The notes beneath the pieces were generated by a model. It saw nothing but the letters and a program-made list of their open reading frames with translations. It was not told the DNA's origin and did no database searches. Below are positions 1 to 13,120 of a stretch of 64,000 nt of DNA, in pieces. The stretch's first letter is position 1; every line of letters begins with the position of its first letter. The position numbers and the translations under genes are program-made. The stretch is from Octopus sinensis (Eukaryota), in the NCBI RefSeq assembly GCF_006345805.1, contig NC_043021.1, forward strand, positions 15,748,001 through 15,812,000. Reading direction: 5' to 3'.

Positions 1-979
1 GCAGACATGACAGCATTGTAACCTTAAGATTCAGAATTTACCTGAAGGACAACCGATGCTGGTGTGTTTGCATCCCTGTAACTTAGCGGTTTGGCAAAAG
101 AGACCGATAGAATAAGTACTAGACTTACAAAGAATAAGTCCTTGGTTTGATTCGTTCGACTAGAGGCAGTGCTCCAGCATGGTCACAGTCAAATGACTGG
201 AACAATTAAAAAAGAAAGATGTATATATGTGTGTGTGTGTGTATATACATGTACACAGATACAGGATGCATTCGACACTTGTTAGGATTTAGATATTTGC
301 ATTGGAAGTTGTTCCGCTTAGGCCTGCATTACTAAAAGTTTCACAGACACAAACGTATTATCTCATTGTTTAGATATGGAGTTTTATGAGTGCTGGATGC
401 CTTAAAAGGCACACACAATTTCATTATTATTATTGCACACACACACACATACATTCAATTAGGACCAACTTGAGGTTAAACAACAGTAATAATCTAAATA
501 AAATACGAATGAACATGGATGTCACTATATGGTCATCTTAAATGCTAGAAATAACAGCCAAATCTCATTCAATCCACACTGTACCATCCTAAAAGGAAAG
601 GGAAAACTAAGTTTATAAAGTCCTTGATATATAAAAAAACACAGGTTAATTATGGGTACCTGGGACACACCAATAAATGTACATTAACTTAGTGAGTTCT
701 TTTCAGCTTTACCATACAAATATGGTGAAGGCTAAGCTGCGCTGATGAGGTCAGAATAACTCTGAAACAAGTCCCAAGATGCTTTGACCAAACAAACCGT
801 GATGAATTAAGTTCCGGCCATGATCATCTTGTCCTTTTGCATGCTGTCCAATATATTTTCTATTTAAAATAATGTTGTATGAAGGAGAGGAAAAAAGGCT
901 CTTAAATTGAGCAGATGGAGTGGCTTCAAAACAGAGAACTATTCAAAACTCCATCTGGACTCTTTGTGCAACCCTGAGA

Positions 980-1695
980 CACTAACTGAAACCCGCTGCC
1001 CAGAAATCTACAATAAACCAGGAGTCTGTCCACAAGTCTATTCTTGCTGGCTGGCTGGCCAAGAAAGAGGCTGATTGATTTTTCCCTATTTTGTTACCTG
1101 ACATCACTCTCTCCTTCATTTCCAGTACATTACCCCCACTAGGGCACATGCTTCCCTGATCTAAAGATCCCTTCACAATCCTCTCATTCCACTTCAAAAT
1201 CTTCCATCCACTTAAATGGATTTTGCTCCCTTTGTGACCTTTGCAAGTTTGTGGGGCCAAGTTCACCCTCTTCTTGTCCTTTATCATCTGAGCTGACAAC
1301 CCTATGGCTGTCCAGAATGTGATGTAGCATTCCATCGACTGATACTATTTCAAGAATTCACTTCCATCGAACTCCCACACCCCACAAATAGTACACTGCA
1401 CATTGGGTGATTTCATCCATACCTCTTCCTAATCTGAACAGATGCAAGTCCTTTCTCTTCCGTGAAATGCTGTGGTACAGTGCTCGGGTGTCCCTGTTTG
1501 TACCTGAACACTGCTCTTTGTAGGGATTGACCCCTTAGCTTGTCTCTTGTGTGACATATTACACCCAGAAGACAGCCTTAATAAGGGAGATTCACCCCTA
1601 TCTCAATAGTGATCTTGAGTGGGCAATGGTGTCCTTCCATGATCCAATTTCCACTTGGCCTGTTTGCAGTTCTGAAGAAGCATCTGATGTTACAC
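980..1695 (-). mobile_element. RTE-clade LINE 3' fragment
   Basis: Degenerate C-terminal RTE-like peptides; resembles the fragments at 23.2-24.6 kb and 40.2-40.6 kb. Confidence 0.5.
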
Positions 1696-2285
1696 CTATT
1701 TCTTTATTACCCACAAGGGGCTAAACACAGAGAGGACAAACAAAGACAGACAAACGGATTAAGTCAATTATATTGACCCCAGTGCGTAACTGGTACTTGA
1801 TTTATCGACCCCAAAAGGATGAAAGGCAAAGTCGACCTCAGTAGAATTTGAACTCAGAACATAACGGCAGGCGAAATGCGGGAAAGCATATCACCTGGCG
1901 TGCTAACGTTTCTGCCAGCTCGCCGCCTTTTACACCTGACAAACATTTCCTTCGGCAGCCCCAAATGAAATGTAGTATATTCTAGGAGTACTGCATTCAA
2001 CTCAGCTGCAGTCGCTATCTTTATTTATCTCCATGTCCTCATCTACCTCAACCCACATTCAAGAGAGGTGTCACCTTCCACCAACAACATGACACATCAA
2101 ATCACAGCCTCTTCCAGTGTCCTCCCTCTGAATCTTCCCCATTTCATTCACACTCAATCAGGGGCCAATGGACTGACACCTGTCACAATTCCCAACCATC
2201 TTTCAGATATTCTCCTTGATGACATCAGTACCAACTTTCCTGGCCAAAAGCAGAGTCCTGTCCACTCCCATGTGTTGTGTATATA

Positions 2286-2516
2286 TGCGGCGAGCTGGCA
2301 GAAACGTTAGCACGCCGGGCGAAATGCGTAGCCATATTTCGTCTGCCATTACGCTCTGAGTTCAAATTCCACCGTGGTCGACTTTGCCTTTCATCCTTTC
2401 GGGGTCGATAAATTAAGTACCAGTTACGCACTGGGGTCGATGTAATCGACTTAATACCTATGTCTGTCCTTGTTTATCCTCTCTGTGTTTAGCCCCTTGT
2501 GGGCAATAAAGAAATA
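2286..2516 (+). mobile_element. SINE family B (ggcgagctggcagaaacgttagcacgccgggcgaaatg...)
   Basis: Inverted copy at 1698-1935; further copies near 7880, 15590, 16134, 20265, 46130, 47872, 48320, 56140. Confidence 0.88.
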
Positions 2517-3546
2517 TATATGTTGTGCAATCTTCTCAACTCAGGACCCTTCGTCCAACACATAGCTTCCACCCCACTCAGTGAATCCCCCAGTGGCTCC
2601 AGCCAGTTTTTTTTTTCCTCTGCCTTAGTTTTTTTTGGCGGGAGGGGGGAACACAAGGACTGCCTGCAACTTCAGACCAAACTCAATAGCTAGCTTCCTC
2701 AGGATCCCTAAACAGTGGCTGATTTATCATTTCTGTGGCCCCTTTTGTTCTGACTGGTGATCACCAATGCTACCCATCCATGTGCTGTGGCTGAATCAGT
2801 TTGAATCTCAATGTCCTCAAACAGTGCCCAGTTCATCTACCTTGATATGATGCAGTCATCTTTCTTCTTGAGCCATGCAGCATCTTCCATCTCAACACAT
2901 CTCATTTCTAGCATGACTTCTATCATTACAAAACTTGCTTTTCACCATATAATCCCTTTTCTTGATTTGGGCAGGTACCATCTTCCCTTCACTTGGTCCT
3001 CTTCTCTCACACTCTCCAGAACATCTCCCATCATGGTGTCTGTCCTCTCTCCCATTCTATCACTCCAGTTCACCCCTTCAGCTGGCTCCATGATGTAACT
3101 GCGTGCCATCCTGAACCATTCTTCCACAGGTTAGTGGCCTACAAGTTTACCACACGTTGAGAATAGCCCTTACCAATTCATGCCCTCAATCAGGTCAAGA
3201 ATCTCATTTCTCCTCCAAAACATGAACCCCTCCGTTTATCTCTCTTGAGCCCCTGTACAGTGCCTCCTTGTACAGTCTCTGGTAGTATTGTTGTTAACCT
3301 CAGGTGACCTGTAGTTTCTCCTACCAGCATTGTGATCTCATCCACCAAAATGTCACCTATACAAGAACTAGCAGCCTACCTCACTTTGGCGACTTTTCCC
3401 AAGATTGCCATGAGAAAATTCACCAAAATTTTTGGTGCTGAGTCCAAACCGAATCTCAGCCAAGTCAGACAGTATATCCTGTCCTTGTACCTGCCCAGTT
3501 TCTCAGCCCTTTGGAGTGGCAGATAAACCAGCTTGACATCAATGAT

Positions 3547-4032
3547 CAGTGGCGGACTGGGTCTAAAAGTATTGGTTGCCAGGAGACTAAGGGGGCCCAC
3601 CCGCAACTACAAGGGGGCCCACCCGCAACTACAAGGGGGCCTACCCGCAACTACAAGGGGACCCACCCGCAACTACAAGGGGACCCACCCATAACGACAA
3701 TGGGGCCCATCCGCAACTACAAGGGGGCCCACCCACAACTACAAGGGGTCCACCCGCAACCACAAGGGGGCCCACCCGCAACTACAAGGGGCCCACCTGC
3801 AACTACAATGCTATCATTTAATTTTTTTTTGTTAAAAGTATTCTTTTCACCTGTCTACAAACACAGCCAGGCTGAAATAATTAATGCATTCCTCCAGAAG
3901 TGAATAAAAAAATTCTCAAACTTGAGGCGATGGACCCTTTAGATACTAGCATGGGCCCCTACATATGGATTCTAATGACGCAGTGACCCACTTGCCATCG
4001 GGCAAGCTGCCAACCTAGCCAGTCCGCCAATG
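3547..4032. mobile_element. Non-autonomous hAT-type element with an internal 21-bp minisatellite
   Basis: TIRs CAGTGGCGGACTGG / CCAGTCCGCCAATG; degenerate 8-bp TSD tcaatgat/gcaatggt; about 10 copies of ggggcccacccgcaactacaa at 3590-3805; splits the RT frame. Confidence 0.75.
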
Positions 4033-5227
4033 GCAATGGTCATAGACGCCTTTGTCATTTGTCTCCACTCCAAGGTTACCCTACAGACATCTGTGGCTTC
4101 CCTGCTCCAGTATGAAATGATACATGCTTGTTCAGCTCCTGAAAGTCTAGCTCTGGCTAAACTTTACCTTGAGTCAACTAAACAACTCTTCACTTCATCT
4201 TTCAAGGGAATTAAGATACATGTGTATGGGTCTGGGTTTATTTGATATCAGACGTTTCCCCCTCCCCGAGACCTTTTCACGCCACGAAAATGTTGTTATT
4301 CTAGTTGACGACCAGCTTCTAAGAACAACTACTATGCTATTTGGGCACGAAACATGGTTCAGCTTTCTGTTTCGCTTGGTGCGTATGATGGCTGGTGAAA
4401 CATTGGCAAAACGCGGGAAAGAAAAATGTTCTCGCGAGGGATTTCCATACAACTTTAACAAAGTAAGCAAAATCGACCGTGAATTAAAATTTGGGTCTGG
4501 TGAGCGGGGAAATCGATGCAAAGCTAGACTACATACAAAAGTTTGGGAGTGGTGAGAATATTAAATTTCCATTCATGTGAAGCTTCACCAGCATAACAAA
4601 TTGCATATTTTAAAACAAATCTAAAAAACGGACAGCAACCGAATCAGAACAGTAAACGGGGAATACAGTACAAACAATAATTCAGAGGCCAGACCACCAT
4701 CGTTGACTGCAATATCAAACTTAGCATACAATGACCAAGAACATGGAAGTTAGATGGTTTGCGTAAGATTCAGACACGGAGAGGAATACCTGTTCTGAAC
4801 GTTTATTTATTGGATATGAACCACTTCAAAAAACTTTAAAAGTACGAGCGAATATATGAAACTATTACGAATTTTGTAAATATGAATGCTATTGAGCACC
4901 GGAGTAGTATTGCTCGTAATTACCAAATGAAGAGCTGAATAAAGTTTTCTCTTAAAAAGAATATTTCCTTTCGTTAATAATAAATCTTACATTTAACATG
5001 TGCGGATCATATAAAGGGAGACAACTCCCTTTTGCCTATACCGATTGATTATATTCTTTCCTCTTTCTCATTCCCGTTACTACCATCATCCTCACCCTTA
5101 TCATTTAACGTTCGTAGACCATGCTGGCATGGGTTAGACGGTGTGACCAGAGCTGGCACGCTGGGGGGGGGGGGAGGCTGCCTCAGACTCCAGTGTGATT
5201 TGGCATGGGTTTTTCTTTATGCATACA

Positions 5228-5394
5228 TAGGCGCAGCAGTGGCTGTGTGGTAAGTAGCTTGCTAACCAATCATATGTTTCCGGGTTCAGTCCCACAGCGT
5301 GGCACCTTGGGCAAGTGTCTTCTGCTATAGCCCCGGGCCGACCAATGCCTTGTGAGTGGATTTGGTAGACGGAAACCGAAAGAAGCCTGTCGTG

Positions 5395-5425
<31 letters not shown>

Positions 5426-5610
5426 TTGTGTGTCTGTGTTTGTCCCCCTAGCATTGCTTGACAACCGATGCCGGTGTGTTTACGTCCCAGTCACTTAGTC
5501 GTCAACTAGAATAACAAAAGAGAATAAGTCCCGGGGTCGATTTGCACGAATAAAGGCGGTGCTCCAGCATGGTCGCAGTCAAATGACTGAAACAAGTAAA
5601 AGAGAGAAAG
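5228..5610 (+). mobile_element. tRNA-derived SINE family A
   Basis: Head gtggctgtgtggtaag...ggttcagtccc (A/B-box-like), internal (TA/TG)n, tail ...gactgaaacaagtaaaagag. Related copies or pieces near 50-216, 6273, 9000, 44365/44945, 46725, 51680, 58236, 61690 (plus) and 6971, 24580, 28945, 29432 (minus). Confidence 0.9.
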
Positions 5611-6240
5611 AGAGAAGTGGGAACGTGTTCGTATTAATAGCAATCAAGATCATTTAATGTTTCTCTCGTTCACTCTCTGAGCGTGTGTATTCCTTCGTTC
5701 TCTCCTTCGCCTCTTATGCCAAAAGGTGCCGACGTCAAATAGACCATCACCAAATCAGGGTCCCGTGTCCAGTCAGCGGCGGTAAACCAACAGAGTGGAA
5801 ACATCTGCGTCCAATCGTCCCATTCTGAAGACACCCTTCCCAATCCATGTGTTTGCCACTCATTCTCTCGAATTCGTTCCTAGCCTCTCATTTCGCAGTT
5901 ATGTTCGTAGCAGCTCACCTTGTTTTCTCAACGTCGGGGGCTCCTACTTCCAGAAATACCTCGCAGTCCATCACTCGCCAACCGTTCTCCAGGTCTCGCG
6001 GTTCCATTCTGTTAGACTCCGTCATCACCACGACATCATTGGATATCGTTTTGCATCCATGCCCTCATTCTTCCCACCAAATTATCCACTTTTACTGTGT
6101 CAGTGTGTCCACCAGTTGCTGCAGTTTCATTGAGATACGATTGGGGAGACCAATCGCAAACTCCAAATTCATGACCCTATCCATTGCTCAGCCGGAAAAC
6201 CTAGCTAATCCAATCGTCTCCTGACTTCGCTCACCTTATC
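5600..6240 (-). mobile_element. Probable decayed gag/protease segment of the same LTR element
   Basis: Minus peptide GLARFSG*AMDRVMNLEFAIGLPNRISMKLQQ resembles gag of this Gypsy-like group as I recall it; position upstream of pol fits. Confidence 0.4.
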
Positions 6241-6641
6241 ATAAGTATTAGGGCCGATTTATATCTATCTATAGGCGCAGGAGTGGTTGTGTGGTAAGTA
6301 GCTTGCTAACCAATCATATGTTTCCGGGTTCAGTCCCACTGCGTGGCACCTTGGGCAAGTGTCTTCTGCTATAGCCCCGGGCCGACCAATGCCTTGTAAG
6401 TGGATTTGGTAGACGGAAACTGAAAGAAGCTTGTCGTATATATGTATATATATATATTTATATATGCGTGTGTGTGTTTGTCCCCCTAGCATTGCATGAC
6501 AACCGATGCTGGTATGTTTACGTCCCCGACACTTCTTTTTTTCTGTATTACGAAATAATTGTAATCCACACAATCTGAAGTGATTTTCTTTATCTGTCAT
6601 TTGTTTTAGTCATTTGACAGCTGCCATGCTGGGGTATTGCC

Positions 6642-6945
6642 TTGAAAAAGTTTTTAGTCCAACAGATCAGGCCGAAAATGTCGCTAGAAGCTAGGATCAC
6701 CAAGCATAGATTGGCATATTTCGGTCATATTATGCGGAGAAAATCCATGGGGAAGGACATCATGCTCGGAATGGTCAGTGGCAAGAGAGGAAGAGGCCGA
6801 CCAAGAACCCGCTGGCTTGACACCATCAGGAGTGATACCGGAATGGACATAGCCAATCTGAAAGAAGCGGCCCAGGATAGAACTGACTGGAGGACACTGA
6901 TCCAACGAGTAACCGAGAGTCGACTTCGACTGAGCGGATAGATGG
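6642..6945 (+). mobile_element. RTE-clade LINE 3' fragment
   Basis: RLAYFGHIMRR...GKRGRGRPRTRWLDTI...AAQDRTDWR, the typical RTE C-terminus. Confidence 0.85.
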
Positions 6946-7339
6946 ATATAAATCGGCCCTAATATTTATGTTTTTAAGCCTAGTTTGTCGAGCCGCTAGA
7001 TAACGGGAACGTAAACACACAAACACCAGTTGTCAAACGGTGGTAGGGGACAAACACACACACACATATACATATAATCATACATGCGGCGGGCTTCTTT
7101 CAGTTTCCGTCTAGCAAATCCACTCACAAGGCTTTAGTCGGCCCTGAGCTATAGTAGAAGACACTTACCTAAGGTGTCATGCAGTGGGACTGAACTCGGA
7201 ACCATGGGGTTGGGAAGCAAACGTCTTACCATATAACCTACGCATGTACAAAATTTCATTAGAAAAATATTCATTTTTCTGAAATTTACGAGGAAACTAA
7301 GTGAGCGGTGTCGGGGCAGACTCGCGTAGGTATTTCAGC

Positions 7340-7420
7340 GAGACATGCCTTACTTTCTTAATGCAGGCCACGACATCACCTTCGCCGGAAAAAGGCCCGA
7401 GAGCATCACTGCCAGACTTT
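7340..7420 (-). mobile_element. Possible gag N-terminal fragment (LGPFSGEGDVVACIKKV)
   Basis: Short motif recalled from this gag family; correct order and strand relative to the other fragments. Confidence 0.35.
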
Positions 7421-7713
7421 ATAGTCTTATCTTTGTGGCTATGTTGCTCGTCAACGACAGAAACAAATCACAACAAAAAGTGCCGAAAAAGCTTACAATA
7501 TGAAAGACGAAAAAAAACAAAACAGACTCCTACCTGGAGCTGGTGGAGCGACTTCAAACAGGAAAACTACTCAAAACTGCCACTGCAATTCGTTGTGTAA
7601 CCCTGGGACACTCGCTAACCTAAACCTCTGGGTCAAAAATCAGTAATACACCAGAATTCCCTCAGCATATCTCTTCTATTTGGTTTACCGTTCCATGAAG
7701 ACAGCTGATTGAA

Positions 7714-7748
7714 TTTCCCGCCATGTTCTATGACGTCACTTCCGGTGC
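7714..7748 (-). promoter_or_regulatory. Promoter-like cluster: YY1/E2F-like site plus overlapping CRE-ETS motif
   Basis: TTTCCCGCCATGTT (7714-7727) then TGACGTCACTTCCGGT (7731-7746); CAG|GTAGGA donor at 7534/7533 on minus. Confidence 0.45.
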
Positions 7749-8999
7749 ACCACCCAGTATCCTACAAGTAGGATGTGATTTGAAGATTTAACTGCTATTT
7801 CTAGCCATTCCAATGAACTTTACTTTTTTGGGTTTTTTTTTAAATAATTTTTTTCCAATATAGGATTGTCCAAGGTAGCGAACTGGCAGATTGCTAGCTT
7901 GCCGGGAAGAACGCCTTATCGACATTTCGTCCGTCTTTACATTCTGAGTTCAAATTCCACCGAGGTCAAATTTGCTTCTCAGGGGTCGATGAAGTAAGTA
8001 CCAGTTGAGCACTGGAGTCGATATAATCGGGTCAACCCCAGTCCTGAGACAAAGTCTGGAACCAATAATGAGTTGTCTAATATCTGGACAGTCAGAATCC
8101 AGGACATCTCCACTTACCATAATCCTTCGTGACCCCCTTTCGACATACTTTGGACATTTGGCGTTTCATGTGTGTGTATGTGAGATATAACTAATTTTTT
8201 AAATTATAGAAACTGAAATTCCGGGCTTTTGGAGAAGGTTTAAAATTCTTCCCGGACGCAAATTTGGACTGCTGAATCCAGGAAATGTCCTGGAAAATAC
8301 AGACATATGGCAACCCTAGTCCGCTATTTAAAATGGTAGAACGTAATTTGAAGATTTGACTCCTACTTTTTACTTGGTTGAGCGATGATGCAGGGATTTC
8401 CTAAGAGTTGTCTCCCTTAACGTGTCGCCAGCCCTGAATATATTTTCTCGATTAATGTCGATTTTTTTAAATTTTGGAACAAGACCAACAAGTTCGGGAG
8501 AGGAGGTAAGTCGATTATGTCGCCTCCAGTGCTCAACTAACGCTTGTTTTATTGACCTCGAAAAATGTAAGTACCAGTTGAGCACTGTGGTTGACATAAT
8601 CGACTGACCCCTCCTCCCGGAATTGCAGGCCTTGTGCCAAAATTTGGAACCAATATTGATATCGATTCCTTCGCTTTTCTTTTTGTTTTTAGCTTAACAT
8701 TATTTTCGTTTTCCTTCTGCAAATCGAGGGATGCATTAACAACGCTTCTTTGATATTCTGCATCTTTCATGAGCTCCTACAGACATCACTCAATATTGAT
8801 TCATTTCAAATTTATAATTTAACGAGATATTTTTTTCAGAATTTAGGGACAATTTTATACAATAAATCTATCTAAAGAAGATCATCTTGTTGTTTTCGAA
8901 TTGAATACAATGTTGAAACATGTAATAAACAACTCATATTTGTTGTTAACAGTCAGGACGTTGCATCTTTCAAAAATTCCATGTTTCTCAAAATTCGCC

Positions 9000-9400
9000 A
9001 AGTGGCTGTGTGGTAAGTAGCTTGTTTACCAACCACATGGTTCCGGGTTCAGTCCCACTGCGTGGCACCTTGGGCAAGTGCCTTCAACTATAGCCTCGAG
9101 CCAACCAAAGCCTTGTGAGTGGATTTGGTAGACGGAAACTGAAAGAAGCCCGTCGTATATATGTATGTGTGTGTATATGTGCGTGTATGTTTGTGTCTGT
9201 GTTTGTCCCCCTAGCATTGCTTGACAACCGATGCTGGTGTGCTTACATCCCCGTAACTTAGCGGTTCGGCAAAAGAGACCGATAGAATAAGTACTGGGCT
9301 TACAAAGAATAAGTCCCGGGGTCGAGTTGCTCGATTAAAGGCGGTGCTCCAGCATGGCTGCAGTCAAAATGACTGAAACAAGTAAAAAGAGAAAAAGAGG
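9000..9400 (+). mobile_element. SINE family A
   Basis: Full head and tail as in 5228-5610. Confidence 0.9.
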
Positions 9401-9556
9401 GAGTCTACCTGAAGTACACCTACACCGTTTCCTGACTTAATTATGCATTTGTGCCCTTCCATATTTATTTCCTCATAAATTACTGACCATAGGAAAAGGA
9501 AAAATTATCCGAAAATCCTCAAAGAAATTTTGTCTATTCAGTCTTTATAAACACAG

Positions 9557-9815
9557 TGGAGGTGCGTGGCTTAGTGGTTAGGGTATCAGCATCATGATCG
9601 TAAGATTGTGGTTTCGATTCCTGGACCGGGCGACGCGTTGTGTTCTTGAGCAAAACACTTCATTTCACATTGCTCCAGTCTACTCAACTGGCAAAAATGA
9701 GTAACGCTGCGACAGATTGGCGTCCTGTCCAGCTGGGGGGAACACATAGGCCATAGAAACAGGGAAACCAGGCCCATGAGCCTGGCTAGGCTTTAAAAAA
9801 TGGGCGCATTTATTA
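9557..9815 (+). mobile_element. tRNA-derived SINE family C (ggaggtgcgtggcttagtggttaggg...)
   Basis: tRNA-like head; copies near 26560 (-), 34695 (-), 44665 (+), 59750 (+), 60147 (+). Confidence 0.88.
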
Positions 9816-10879
9816 TTTTTTTTTTTTATATATATAAAACACAAACATAATCTACACCCTTGGAAACGTATTTCGGCAAAACTTCACTAAAAATAATTAC
9901 AAAAACTTAATCAATAAATCAATCGCAGTACAGAAGACACAGACTTGCCATTCAAAAATACACAGACTGTTAACTTAAACATTTATTATCTGATGCGAAA
10001 ATTTTCCTTACACCAACAATCTTTGTAAATCTTATTGTGCACATGACAATCAGGGGGCAAAGTCAGTAGAATTGTTACCATTCCAGACAAAATGCCAAGT
10101 GCCATTTTTTCTGGCTCTTTATGTTCTGAGTTCAAATGTCACCATGGTTGACTTTTCTGTAACCCTCTCAGGGTCGATAAAATAAGGACCAGCTGAGCAC
10201 TGGGGTTGATAAAATTATCTTTGCTTCTCCCTTCAAAATTTCTGGCCTTGTGCCAAGAATGACAATACTTCAACGAAAGTAAAAGAAAACTGATAACATT
10301 TGGTGAGATATGTATTTAATAACAAGGCTTGTGTTTTCCATCTTACACGCATTCCCTTATTGAGTTCTTTGTGTGTCTCTGTCCTTGGACGAAATGTCAG
10401 TCATTTCACTAACCAGACTCTGTCCTAGGGTTTTACAGGGACAGTGAGTTACAGAATGCTGTAAGCTGGAATGTGTGTGTGTGTGTTTGTACATGAATTG
10501 ATAATGTTTTCTTGTGCTTGTGTAGACGTATGCATGAATTTGCATATGTACCTGTATATGTGTGTATGTGTGTGTGTATATATGTGTAAGTATGTATGTA
10601 TAAGTGTGTTTTGTATGTACCTATGGGTGTGAATCGGATGGTTGATTGGGATTTCAAGTTCAAGTTTCACCTATAACCATGTTCAACCAATTGTTATATT
10701 TGCTTTAAAGTAGCAATCATAATTTTATATATATATATAGATAGATTCAGATGAATATGGTACTTAAGTTAAAGGTACCAGAATTTAGAATGGTATTTAT
10801 TCATATAATTCAAAATGGGGGTGATTATAATCAAAATAAGCAACAACTGCATTACCTCTGGATATCCTTGTTGCTTATT

Positions 10880-11087
10880 TTGATATATATATATATATTA
10901 TATATATATATATATATATGTATATAATATATATATATATATATGTATGTATATAATATATATATATGTATGTATATATATTATATATATAGTGTGTGTG
11001 TGTGTGTGGTGTGTGTCTTGTATATATGTAAATATATATATATATGTATGTATATATATATATATAATTAATATGTAAATATGTATG

Positions 11088-11121
<34 letters not shown>

Positions 11122-11128
11122 ATGTGAA

Positions 11129-11159
<31 letters not shown>

Positions 11160-11234
11160 TATATGTAAATATGTAAATATATATATATATATTATACATA
11201 TTATATGTAAATATATATATAATATATACATATA

Positions 11235-11282
<48 letters not shown>

Positions 11283-11374
11283 ATATATATATATGTAAAT
11301 ATATATATATATGCGTGGTCTCGGCATAGGCGAGATATGTATGTATATATATATATATATGTATGTATATATAT

Positions 11375-11407
<33 letters not shown>

Positions 11408-13035
11408 CTGTATATATGTAAATATATATATATATGTATGTGTATATATATATATGCATATGTATGTTATATCTATATATTATTATAATATCTATATATA
11501 TATGTAATATATATATATATATACTTACATAGATTAATGTAAATATGTAAATATATATATACTATATATATAATATATATCATATAATATGTAAATATAT
11601 AATATATATATATACATATATATATGTATTATATATATATATATATACATATACTATTATGTATATAATATCTATATATATATCTATATTATATATATAC
11701 TATATATATTACATATTGTAAATATTATATATATATGCGTGGTCTCGGCATAGGCAGGAAACTTGGAGAGTGGCTGCACAACTTCCTAAAAGACAGAAAA
11801 CAGGCAGTTGTTGAGCAATGGAGCCACCTCCAGGGAAACGCAATAAACAAGCGGGTGTCCCACAGGGCACTGTCTTGGGGCCACTGATGTTCATAGTGGC
11901 CTTTCAGACATGCCTTCAGTTGCTACGATGACCACCCTTGCTAGCTATGCAGATGACACAAAGTCTCCCACGCAATACAAAACCCTGAAAATATTGCGCA
12001 TCTGCAACATGAGCTGGACACAATATACAGGTGGGCTGAGGACAACAACATGCAGTTTAATGCAGGTAAGTTCCAGGCCCTGCGCTACTGGCACACAAAG
12101 GTAAATGACGTGAAGACTGGATACACTGGCCCAGGAAGAATTGCAATCCCTGAGTCAAAATCAGTGCGTGACCGGGCATTGACATGAGCAATGATGCATC
12201 TTTCCAAATGCATATTGCTAATCTGGTGATAAAATGCAGACGGCTAGCTGGATGGATTCTCCGAACTTTCAGAACAAGAGAGAAGGAGACACTGATGGTC
12301 CTATGGAAAACATTTGTCCTCAGCCGCTTGGACTACTGCTCCCAACTTTGGTCACCACACAATATAAAACAAACAGCAGAACTCGAAGCAACTCAGAGAA
12401 GCTACACAAAGAAAATCGTCTCAATGCAAAATGTCAGCTACTGGGAAAGACTGATGAAGGTATTAAACTCTTCTCCCTGGAGCGGAGGCGGGAGAGATAT
12501 GCAGTGATATACATCTGGAAAATCCTGGAGGGTCTTGTCCCAACTTTGGCATTCAAAGTTACTCCAACCGCAGAACGGGGCGCCACTGCGTGGTGCCAAG
12601 GATTCCACATCACCATCAAAATACAGGTCCAGATACTGCAACAGCTTGGGTTTCAGAGGACCACAGCTCTTAAACATCCTCCCTAAATGGACCTGATGAC
12701 TTACATGGTGTGGATGTGGGTTCTTTAAACTATAAACTGGATCTCTTCTTGTTGGGAGTCCCAGATGAACCTACCTCACGACAGGAACACGGATGTGGGC
12801 AGCAGCATCGAACTCCCTTGTTGATCAAGTGCCACGTATCAGAGGTGGATTCACAAACTAGTGTAGCTCATTCAGCGGTGGTGCCCCAGCATGGCCGCGG
12901 CCTTCGGGCTAACATTTTTAGGATTTAAGGATTTATATGTAAATATATATATATATATATATATATACATATGTAAATATATATTATATATTATATATAT
13001 AATAATACTATATATATGTATATATATTATATATG

Positions 13036-13073
<38 letters not shown>

Positions 13074-13080
13074 ATATATA

Positions 13081-13120
<40 letters not shown>

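Larger units (their letters stand above)
1960..4210 (-). mobile_element. Decayed Gypsy-type LTR retrotransposon pol (RT, RNase H, integrase Zn finger), interrupted by SINE and hAT insertions
   Basis: Minus-strand peptides with stops and frameshifts: IIDVKLVYL and YCLTWLRFGLDSAPKIL (RT), FSTCGKLVGH, EDAAWL, IQTDSA (RNase H), HMGVDRTLLLARK...CDRCQSI (integrase HHCC). Confidence 0.7.

Noticed and set aside
4169-4900. CpG-richer segment with overlapping 108-128 aa ORFs
   Set aside because: No motif recognised on either strand and no consistent exon boundaries; left unassigned.
8640-8780. Coding-looking minus stretch ELMKDAEYQRSVVNASLDLQKENENNVK after a TGTAG
   Set aside because: No recognisable homology, weak polypyrimidine tract and no convincing donor. 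It also lies beyond the nrf-6-like stop and upstream of the putative 7.7-kb promoter.
9557-9640. tRNA-like sequences at SINE heads (also 44665, 60147, 32620-32700)
   Set aside because: They continue into SINE bodies and lack a complete cloverleaf, so they are not called as tRNA genes.
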